DNA of 64,000 nt from Treponemataceae bacterium. Lineage in GTDB: Bacteria > Spirochaetota > Spirochaetia > Treponematales > Rectinemataceae. Shown in pieces: positions 51,588-58,667 of the stretch. The position numbers and the translations under genes were made by a program. The stretch spans positions 1,568,001 through 1,632,000 of the forward strand of contig CAXXHO010000003.1 in assembly GCA_963667725.2 (NCBI GenBank), in the 5' to 3' direction. The notes under the pieces were generated by a model, which saw nothing but the letters and a program-made list of their open reading frames with translations, was not told the DNA's origin and ran no database searches. Position 1 is the stretch's first letter. The number at the start of each line of letters is the position of its first letter.

Positions 51588-52306
51588 ATTATTTTCCCTC
51601 GTGCTTTAAAATAAGCGTCACCAAGGTTATCACAGCTGTATCTTTCATATATGTTTTGGATAGTATCTTCGCATACAATTTTTGATTTAAAAAGAAAACC
51701 GATATGAGAGCAGAAAGCTTGGCAAAATACTAGATCATGTGAACTAATAAAAAAAGTTACCCCATTTTGGGAATTTAAGATTTTTATAAGCCGAATTACA
51801 CTCTCGGCGCCTTCCGGATCTAAATTTGCAAAAGGTTCATCCCAAAAAACGAGAATTGGTCTGTGGATAATTGAGCGCACTAGATCTACTTTTTTCTTAT
51901 TCCCTGAGGACAAAGCGGAATATTTTGTTTTCTTATATTCAGAAATGTATAGTTGATCCATTAGTTCGCTTAGCTCGTTTTTTGAAAGAGTGTTGGGATA
52001 AAAACCAGCATAAAACGCTAGATTCTGATCAACCGTAAGATGAGGTCGAAGCATAGTTTCTTCTGTAGATACCCCTGCGAGTTTGTGTATCTTTTCTTTT
52101 TCTTTCATTGGATTAATGCCAAGTATACTTACATATCCGCTTTCAATACGAAATAAACCATTCATTACCCTAATTAAGCTCGTTTTCCCGGCTCCGTTGG
52201 ATCCCAAGAGCCCATAAATTGATTTTTCTTTGCATGACACAGATACATTGTTAAGGATTGTTTTTTCACCAATTGTTTTTACTATATTTTGCACATCAAT
52301 AATCAT
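51584..52306 (-). CDS. ABC transporter ATP-binding protein
   Basis: GSNGAGKT, LSSGNKKK, WDEPFANLD, SSH; AGGAG RBS before ATG 52306. Confidence 0.9.
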   Translation of the reverse strand: MIIDVQNIVKTIGEKTILNNVSVSCKEKSIYGLLGSNGAGKTSLIRVMNGLFRIESGYVSILGINPMKEKEKIHKLAGVSTEETMLRPHLTVDQNLAFYAGFYPNTLSKNELSELMDQLYISEYKKTKYSALSSGNKKKVDLVRSIIHRPILVFWDEPFANLDPEGAESVIRLIKILNSQNGVTFFISSHDLVFCQAFCSHIGFLFKSKIVCEDTIQNIYERYSCDNLGDAYFKARGKII

Positions 52307-52308
52307 CT

Positions 52309-52854
52309 TTAGCTCCTGAAATACTTGATCAAGCCCGGCAACTGAACACACTCCATTATACAAATAAGCTTTATTGTGTCGCTAATGAAATTTTCATAGC
52401 TCTTTTTTTTCATATGATAGACAAGACTTACATAAATTGCTTGGAGCACTGTAATTACTATCATTACTAAGGTAATAGGTGCTCTCCGTCCATCCAATTG
52501 ACTTCCAAAAGCAAATAACGAATAAGATTGTGGATTATTTTTATAATATATCAATAAAACCGCTATCAGCCCACTAAAAATCCAAAATGAACTAGCAACC
52601 ACAGAAATAAAAAGACGAGAATCCTTTTCTGCCTCAAATGTAAGTAGGAAGAATACCTTTTTATATATTATTACTAATATTAAATATGTCACTACTTGTA
52701 AGAAAAACATTACGAAGGTCATTGTACGAGAGACCAGAAAAGCCAATCCAGGTAAAGAAGCCACACCTAAAATGGTATTATTATCCTGAATCAACAACGT
52801 TTGGAGACCAGCACATACTAGAAGTGATACAGCGATGAAAACATACCTTTTCAT
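52309..52854 (-). CDS. Multi-pass membrane protein (Yip1-like by position)
   Basis: 4-5 hydrophobic segments; translationally coupled to the SpoIIM-like gene. Confidence 0.65.
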   Translation of the reverse strand: MKRYVFIAVSLLVCAGLQTLLIQDNNTILGVASLPGLAFLVSRTMTFVMFFLQVVTYLILVIIYKKVFFLLTFEAEKDSRLFISVVASSFWIFSGLIAVLLIYYKNNPQSYSLFAFGSQLDGRRAPITLVMIVITVLQAIYVSLVYHMKKKSYENFISDTIKLICIMECVQLPGLIKYFRS

Positions 52855-53357
52855 AATATTCTTATATATGAATTTATGCTTTTTAGAAGTGAAGACTCAA
52901 CAAATGCTCCAATAATGAGCAACATTAATGCGAGTACTGAAGTAAACATGAGTTCCATCTCCAGGTGTGTTTTACGACGGAATATCTTATTCATAACGCT
53001 TGAAAATCCAACTGCAGTCATAAGACAATATGCGGTTAGCTCACTAAAAAAAACAATCCATACCCCTTTATCAATAAAAGAGTACAAACTAATATACGGA
53101 AGAACATATGAGAAGAATATCACTGAATTAGTAACAGAAACTAATAAAGTTGAAAGGCCATATGTATAAATCCCAGATGCGAGCAATATACTTACTAATA
53201 TGTTGCTGAACAAAATACCAAAAGCATTTTTTTCGGTTAATTTTCCACCAAGCTGCAATACCCTGGAAGGAATTAATACCTGATTAACGATATATAATAG
53301 AGTCCAATATAAAATACAAATTGCTAATAAGCCCAAGAAGAAGGTTCGATTCTTCAT
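52851..53357 (-). CDS. SpoIIM/DUF95-like membrane protein
   Basis: ILFSNILV..G..T.G...L....N, central EL, C-terminal LLIIGAFVE match the DUF95 pattern; canonical PHG not visible. Confidence 0.7.
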   Translation of the reverse strand: MKNRTFFLGLLAICILYWTLLYIVNQVLIPSRVLQLGGKLTEKNAFGILFSNILVSILLASGIYTYGLSTLLVSVTNSVIFFSYVLPYISLYSFIDKGVWIVFFSELTAYCLMTAVGFSSVMNKIFRRKTHLEMELMFTSVLALMLLIIGAFVESSLLKSINSYIRIL

Positions 53358-53381
53358 TTTCTAGGATTTTGAGGTAATTTA

Positions 53382-53418
53382 CTAAAGGCAGCGGATTTGG
53401 GATCTCCGCTGCCTTTAG
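53382..53418 (-). terminator. Intra-operon hairpin directly after the peptide gene
   Basis: Perfect 14-bp stem CTAAAGGCAGCGGA/TCCGCTGCCTTTAG with 9-nt loop and only a short U tract. Confidence 0.75.
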
Positions 53419-53419
53419 C

Positions 53420-53632
53420 TTACAGCCCCCAGGATGTAATCATTCCAAGAAGGAACCATCCTGCAGGACCAGCAGCACCGCATGCTAATGCGGCTACGCT
53501 AAAGTAGGTGCTGCCGATAAAGACGCCGACACCAACTCCGGGAATAAAGAGTGCGAGATTCGCCCCTCCCGAAATCAGTCCCACAAGAACAAGCCCCAAC
53601 AGCCATGCAATACCTTTCACCTTTTTTTGCAT
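53420..53632 (-). CDS. Putative circular bacteriocin precursor, 70 aa
   Basis: AAGGAGG RBS; MQKKVKGIAWLLGLVLVGLISGGAN followed by a Gly/Ala-rich hydrophobic core; first gene of a DUF95/membrane/ABC operon. Confidence 0.7.
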   Translation of the reverse strand: MQKKVKGIAWLLGLVLVGLISGGANLALFIPGVGVGVFIGSTYFSVAALACGAAGPAGWFLLGMITSWGL

Positions 53633-53661
53633 GAGCTCCTCCTTAAAAAATACCAAATTCG

Positions 53662-53690
53662 ACTATAAATCTGAAAATGTTACCTGTCAA
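53662..53690 (-). promoter_or_regulatory. Near-consensus sigma70 promoter of the peptide operon
   Basis: Minus strand TTGACA-17 bp-TATAGT, 30 bp upstream of the ATG. Confidence 0.8.
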
Positions 53691-54192
53691 TTAAAATAGT
53701 ATAAAATCGTATAACAGTGCCCTGGTACAAAGAAGAAAAATGTTTATTGATGATGAAAATATGGCAATGTATAATAAAGATGCATTACAGAATTTTAAGG
53801 TACTTTATTACTATAGTTACCTATTTTCATGAAGGATTCTTTTACAAGTACAATTGCTTATAGAGTTCGTTCACCTTCTTCTACAATTCGAGCGATTTCT
53901 TGTAGAATTCGGGCAAGCTTACCGACAATACTTCCACTGAATAACTTTATGCTATTGAGCTCACTTCGACATTCGTTGACTAACTTCTAAATCTCTGATT
54001 ACTTCCTTGTTAGCAGCTAGTTGCTTCCCGAGGGCTGGTTTTAAAATCCAAAGGCTGCGCCCCCCCGACACGGCACCAAGAATGAAAGCAAGAGAGTACG
54101 TTCCAAAAAAAATACCAGCAACGAACTAATAAGTAGAGGTAATAAACCAAAGAAGATGAGCATATTAGTTAATAAAGCTAATAACCTCTCTT

Positions 54193-54507
54193 CTATTTCA
54201 CTTCAAATCGCCCTGCCCTAAACCGGAGGTCTTCAGCACTCTTTTTCGCGAACTCCTCGATGTGATCCTCGAACTTGACCAAGAAAGATCCCATCTCGTC
54301 ATATTCGAAAGCTTCATCTGCAACGAAAACGAGACGAATTTTCTGGTTTGATGCTGCATTCTTCAGTGTGAATTTTTGCCACCCTTGGCCAGTATTCCTA
54401 TTTGGCTCGTCCCAGATCAAGAGCAAGCCAGGGAACCTTCTGTTAAAACGTTCCTGGAGATCCTTACAAGCAAGATCTCTATTTTGATCACCACTCTTGA
54501 AAAACGT
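54193..54507 (-). pseudogene. Hypothetical ORF (104 codons) with ACG where a start is expected
   Basis: GAGGGAGG-CAGGT-ACG opens a frame that continues into the 77-aa tracked ORF. Confidence 0.4.
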
Positions 54508-54751
54508 ACCTGCCTCCCTCTATCAGAACCAAAATTGAAAGAAAGAACATACTAGGCAACACGGATAGTCTCAAGGAGCTTTCAAGATGTTAGTTTTTCG
54601 ACTGCCGATCAATTCCCAAGATTAGTACTCACAATCGAAATTATTCCAACGACATCAAGCAAGAAGCGCCTTTTCTAAAGGAGAGTTATGGCTTAAAACA
54701 TAACGCTCTCTCTTGCCACGACTACTACTCCTCAAGAAATTATGGATCACT

Positions 54752-54998
54752 TTATCTAGTTTTTGAAGTCGTCCTTAGCTTTGGGCCTAGCCTATGTAGG
54801 TTTTTCCAATAGAGTTCACAAAATTCTTTCATATTAAGTAAGACGAAAGTCGTGAATTCATCAATTTTCTTATCTTCATCTTTCTTTTTTAGTCTCGCTA
54901 TAGTTGTCCCCAATACTGTCAGAAAAGAATAAACCGTCTGATGTTTTATGCCCGATGTTACTGCGACGGCAGTTTATATAGTTTTCTTAGTTAAGCAT
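54752..54998 (-). pseudogene. Decayed HU/IHF-like DNA-binding protein gene
   Basis: Frame reads AVAVTSGIKHQTVYSFLTVLGTTIARLKKKDEDKKIDEFTTFVL, resembling HU (AVA..SG...TI...KK.E...I..F.TF); stop and frameshift near the 5' end. Confidence 0.4.
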
Positions 54999-55028
54999 GG
55001 AATAGGATAATATTTTTGCAGCCCGGGC

Positions 55029-55403
55029 TTAGGCTTCCGACCCGTTTTTCACAAGTTCTGTATCTTCAATCGCTAGTGCATGAATCGTATCGCAGAAATA
55101 TCTAGACATATTTGGTGAAATAACGTCAAGATCATTAACCGCTTGACGCCACCGTCGAGCTTTTGCATAAAACTCCGCTTCGGATGCGGATAAGATGATT
55201 GGCTCCACTCCAGTTACAAAGTACTCAACAGTTGTATTCAAGGCTGTCGCAATACCTACTGCTGCATCAGCGGGTGGTATTGTTTTTCTTGATGACCATC
55301 TTCTAAAAGAATCTGATCGTACTCCTATCTTTTGTGATACCCAGTCCATAGTAGTATTTTCAGACTCGATCTTCTGCCTAATACGGGACCAAAAGTTTTC
55401 CAT
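55029..55403 (-). CDS. XRE-family HTH repressor (CI-like, no peptidase domain)
   Basis: FWSRI...VSQKIGV.......W....TIP.......IA.AL.TTVEYFVTG; divergent from the early operon. Confidence 0.88.
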   Translation of the reverse strand: MENFWSRIRQKIESENTTMDWVSQKIGVRSDSFRRWSSRKTIPPADAAVGIATALNTTVEYFVTGVEPIILSASEAEFYAKARRWRQAVNDLDVISPNMSRYFCDTIHALAIEDTELVKNGSEA

Positions 55404-55409
55404 ACCTAA

Positions 55410-55505
55410 ATTATCGTCAAAAAGTGGCAATATTGCCTCTTTTTTCTATTGACATTATGGCAGTTTAGCCACATTAATATATTATGAGTGTGGCAAAAAT
55501 GCAAC
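55410..55505. promoter_or_regulatory. Genetic switch with three 16-bp operators and divergent promoters
   Basis: GTGGCAATATTGCCTC (55424), ATGGCAGTTTAGCCAC (55457), GTGGCAAAAATGCAAC (55490); TTGACA at 55449; minus-strand GATAAT at 55415-55410. Confidence 0.8.
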
Positions 55506-55705
55506 GAAGACGAGATATCAACGATCTGTCAGTAAAAATTCCTTTTGAAGGGAACGAAAGAAGCCGGTTCATATGTTTTGCCAAGGCTAGAACATTAGTG
55601 CAAGGCCAATGGATTAGAAAGCTAATACTAGAAGAAATGTCAGCCCTCGAAGCCAAAGAAACCCATATAGAAAAAGAAGAAACCTTACTCCGGAGCCAAT
55701 CATGA
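55484..55705 (+). CDS. Small DNA-binding protein in the Cro position (ribbon-helix-helix-like)
   Basis: Strand SVKIPF then two helices, including GQWIRKLILEEM; first gene divergent from the repressor. Confidence 0.6.
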   Translation: MSVAKMQRRRDINDLSVKIPFEGNERSRFICFAKARTLVQGQWIRKLILEEMSALEAKETHIEKEETLLRSQS

Positions 55706-56142
55706 AAAGCCAACCTGATGAATTTGCTTCTCCTGGTACCGAGCCACCAGTCAGTATCCCAATTTATCTCCCGCAGCTTGCAAGCATGAATAACAAGCTT
55801 GATGCCGTGCTCGATGGTACTGGTCAACGCCTTTATACCCTTGAACAAGCTCATGGCAGGAAATATGGCAAAACCAAGGGCGGAATCTCCTACTCAACTA
55901 TAAAAAATTGCCCTGCAATGCAACCCCGCGGGGGAAAGCCTGATGGCTGGTGCTCAGGGAAAAAGGTCTGGTCCGTGCCCACTGTCGAAGAGTGGTGCTT
56001 GGTTGATGACCTCCATCTCGGTGAATACCTAGCGAAGTACAACCCCAATATCAAGGTTCCCGCGCGAATCATAGAAGCGAATAAGCGGCACTCCTCTGAA
56101 CAGGTGAAATACTCGGAGGCATTCGATGAAAAAGAATATTAA
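55702..56142 (+). CDS. Hypothetical phage protein (possible DNA-binding)
   Basis: ATGA overlap with the upstream gene; LYTLEQA...ISYSTIKN...W....VEEW pattern. Confidence 0.65.
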   Translation: MKSQPDEFASPGTEPPVSIPIYLPQLASMNNKLDAVLDGTGQRLYTLEQAHGRKYGKTKGGISYSTIKNCPAMQPRGGKPDGWCSGKKVWSVPTVEEWCLVDDLHLGEYLAKYNPNIKVPARIIEANKRHSSEQVKYSEAFDEKEY

Positions 56143-56374
56143 CTGCGATTCGATCTGTAGGTCATTAGAGCTTTATAAAAAGGCTTCTGCTGACTCGAAA
56201 GAAGCTGCCCGAGCCCTCTACTCGGCGATCGCAACCATCCTTTCTGAAAGTGGCCTCGAAGCTGTAGTGATCACTACCCCCCACCCCGACGAATTACTCT
56301 CCCGCCAGATAGACATAAAGATTTCAGAAAGCATTTCACTGCGCCTGAGTGGTTATATCAGGCATTCATCATAA
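56126..56374 (+). CDS. Hypothetical phage protein
   Basis: GGAGG RBS; overlapping operon organisation. Confidence 0.6.
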   Translation: MKKNINCDSICRSLELYKKASADSKEAARALYSAIATILSESGLEAVVITTPHPDELLSRQIDIKISESISLRLSGYIRHSS

Positions 56375-56480
56375 AAGGAGGATGCATTGAGATAAACGAG
56401 GAAGGGGCTGCAGGACAACCATAACGCAATTTGGATGCAGCCCCGGCACTCAATCTCAAGGCATTTCAAGGAGGTTTCTG

Positions 56481-56642
56481 ATGGAAAACGAAGAGATCGT
56501 CAAGCTTGTCACGATGATTTCAACCCTCGGCCATCACGTCGTGGGTATCACCGAAGAAACCTACATTGAGGCGCCCCGCAACAAGCCAGAGCCCACCGGA
56601 AGATACCTTCTCATCATTCGCCCTGCTCAGGAAAAGAACTGA
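56481..56642 (+). CDS. Small hypothetical protein, 53 aa (not in the ORF track)
   Basis: AAGGAGG RBS; MENEEIVKLVTMISTLGHHVVGITEETYIEAPRNKPEPTGRYLLIIRPAQEKN*. Confidence 0.65.
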   Translation: MENEEIVKLVTMISTLGHHVVGITEETYIEAPRNKPEPTGRYLLIIRPAQEKN

Positions 56643-56708
56643 TGTCCCGCTCCACATCGAATAAAGCGCCGTTGGCGCTGAACATATCCCCTTTTGGAGG
56701 TATCGGAA

Positions 56709-57032
56709 GTGAAGAAGCTTCTCGCCTTCTGTCTGATGGCGACCGCACTGTTGTTCATGCTTGCCGCCATGCCATCAACGGCTGGCCCTGGCATGGCGCC
56801 GCTTGCCTTGATCGAAAGCGCCCTGCCCGCTGTCCTCGTATCGCCGGCAGAGGCACTCTCCGTCCCGGCACCAGCGCGTCCGCTCGCTATTTCGAGCAGC
56901 TCCGTTCCTATGCTCACGTTGGCGCCATCAGCCCCTTTGCTCGCTCTATTTTCGACCAAAGCGGACCTTCCCCTTCACGCTACGATAGCCACGCTGGCAG
57001 CCCTTATGGGGGTAGGGCTCACCGGCGCATAG
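56709..57032 (+). CDS. Exported Ala/Pro/Leu-rich small protein
   Basis: GGAGG RBS, GTG start, signal peptide KKLLAFCLMATALLFMLAA, hydrophobic C-terminus. Confidence 0.55.
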   Translation: MKKLLAFCLMATALLFMLAAMPSTAGPGMAPLALIESALPAVLVSPAEALSVPAPARPLAISSSSVPMLTLAPSAPLLALFSTKADLPLHATIATLAALMGVGLTGA

Positions 57033-57324
57033 CCACCCGCTTGAGCTACGACATCAGAGACCGTATGCACGGCCTGCCGCGCGACCAGGACGCGCCAGCC
57101 TAACGACGGCAAGCAAACAGCAGTGCATCAGCGGCCATAGCGCGCTTCGCCCCTCTTTGCGGGGCGCGCATTTCATCTTCCCGCCTGAACGCGGGAACAG
57201 TATCGCGATCCTCTCTCAGGGAGTGATCGCCGCGGATCGGGCTGCCACGTGCAGTACCGTCCGGCCAAGCGGGGATTCCCCGCAAGGTTCTTTCAAGTGA
57301 TCCGGACCGCCTAAGTCTGGAGGG

Positions 57325-57387
57325 AGGAGCGTAGCTCAGATGGGAGAGCTTCGGTGTTTCGCGAGGGTTCGAACCCCTCCGCTCCTG
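57325..57387 (+). ncRNA. tRNA-like RNA lacking an anticodon arm
   Basis: Acceptor AGGAGCG/CGCTCCT, TA, D arm GCTC-AGATGGGA-GAGC, 13-nt linker, T arm GAGGG-TTCGAAC-CCCTC. Confidence 0.7.
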
Positions 57388-57468
57388 TTCCGGCCTGTAT
57401 GAGGCCGGGGTAGACACGTTTGTTGAGGCTGAACATGCCGCCGGGCCCTATCCCCCCGGCGGTTCCTA

Positions 57469-57554
57469 GGGAGCGTAGAGACCGGGGAGCACGTCCATGG
57501 CGCGTGTGGATCCGGCCTTGACCGGTGAAGAGGGTTCAACTCCCTTCGCTCCGA
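57469..57554 (+). ncRNA. Aberrant class II-like tRNA (pseudo-tRNA)
   Basis: GGAGCG/CGCTCC acceptor, no clear D stem, TCCAT-GGCGCGT-GTGGA arm without U33, variable arm CCGG-CCTTGA-CCGG, T arm GAGGG-TTCAACT-CCCTT. Confidence 0.6.
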
Positions 57555-57571
57555 TACGCTGGAGGTAATCG

Positions 57572-58045
57572 ATGCTGAACGGGTTGTCACAAGAGCAAGC
57601 GTATCGAAACAGGATTTCTTTCTCCGTCGAGGAAGCCGCCAAGATTTGGGGCTATAACCCCAGGACGGTTTGGAAGAGAATCCGTTCAGGCCAGCTCGCG
57701 GCCGCAAGGATCGGTACCAGGATCCTCCTTCCCCGGATTGAACTTGAGAAGCTCACCGGCCCCCTCTCTCCCCTCCCCGTGGACCAAGGCCCTGCACTCC
57801 TCTCCGTACTAAGCAAGGACTGCGGTATCAGCGATCGCTTCTTAAGGGAACTAATCTCTACAGGCGCTCTCAGCATCGAAAGCAGGGTCCGTCCGATCAA
57901 AATAGACCGCCAGCACATCGTCGATTGGCTCTCCTCCCATACCGACACTTCTGGCGCCCGGGTCCGTCCCGATCTCGCCATGGGCGTCAAACAGAGAAAC
58001 CGGCAGCGGCGAAAGGCAGCCACAACAGAACGGAGCGCCCCATGA
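57572..58045 (+). CDS. Excisionase-like protein with two MerR/Xis-type HTH domains
   Basis: FSVEEAAKIWG....TVWKRIRSGQLAAARIG.RILLP; second repeat CGISDRFLRELISTGAL...IDRQHIVDWL. Confidence 0.8.
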   Translation: MLNGLSQEQAYRNRISFSVEEAAKIWGYNPRTVWKRIRSGQLAAARIGTRILLPRIELEKLTGPLSPLPVDQGPALLSVLSKDCGISDRFLRELISTGALSIESRVRPIKIDRQHIVDWLSSHTDTSGARVRPDLAMGVKQRNRQRRKAATTERSAP

Positions 58046-58332
58046 CAAGGACGCAGTGGCGGCTACGGGACCTTAGCCTCTGGCTCAGGAAGAATCGCGA
58101 GTTCATCGCCGATCTCATGTTCGCCCTTCTTCTGTCGCTCGCCCTCACCTCCCTTGGGAAATGCTCCCTTAAGCGCCAGGAAGCCAGCTTTGAAGCTATC
58201 ACCCTGCAGGCAGTCCATATGCCCTGCCCCGATGGTTCCACCCTCGTCACCTTCATGCAAGGCGGGGCAATCCAGGGGCAGACCTTCGCCGACCGGGCCT
58301 CCGCCCTCGCCTTCGCGGAGGCGCTCCGGTGA
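58042..58332 (+). CDS. Hypothetical membrane-anchored protein
   Basis: ATGA overlap; one TM segment (FIADLMFALLLSLALTSLGKC). Confidence 0.6.
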   Translation: MTRTQWRLRDLSLWLRKNREFIADLMFALLLSLALTSLGKCSLKRQEASFEAITLQAVHMPCPDGSTLVTFMQGGAIQGQTFADRASALAFAEALR

Positions 58333-58667
58333 CGAAGGAAAAGAAAGCAGCGCTTAGGGCGTCCCTCTTCGTGGAGGTGTCAAAAGAGGCGGAGCTCCTA
58401 GAGAAGAACGTGGGGCTTCAGCAGTTCCGCATGCGGCCAAAGGACTTGAGCCGGAGCGAGGCGATCGTTGAGGCGATGATCGCCCGAACCCAATGCACTG
58501 ACCGAATGCACGAGGGATCCATGACATGGTTCCACCTGCTCAAGGCTGCCTTTACCGAAGTCTTCGCCGAGGAAGAAAGGGATCTCACCGCGGAGCAGCT
58601 CGTGAAGCTCTGCGCCACAGCGCTTTTCATGCTCGAATCGATCGAAAAGAGGAGGAAGCACCCATGA
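58329..58667 (+). CDS. MazG-like NTP pyrophosphatase-fold phage protein, degenerate
   Basis: TWFHLLKAAFTEVFAE...EQLVKLCATALFMLESIEKR resembles the phage pattern TW.HIL.EEV.EA.AE...ELVQVAAVA..WIE.IDRR. Confidence 0.5.
   Translation: MTKEKKAALRASLFVEVSKEAELLEKNVGLQQFRMRPKDLSRSEAIVEAMIARTQCTDRMHEGSMTWFHLLKAAFTEVFAEEERDLTAEQLVKLCATALFMLESIEKRRKHP

Noticed and set aside
53421..53429. TACAGCCCC matching the IS end, suggesting a composite transposon around the cassette
   Set aside because: Only 9 bp, explained by the Trp-Gly-Leu-stop codons; no target duplication
55424..55505. Regularly spaced repeats as a mini-CRISPR
   Set aside because: 16-bp degenerate palindromes with 17-bp gaps in a divergent promoter and no cas genes; they fit operators
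57325..57554. tRNA-like elements as attR or as functional decoding tRNAs
   Set aside because: No exact match to the tRNA-Asp/Pro 3' ends, phage genes continue on both sides, and neither has a canonical anticodon loop
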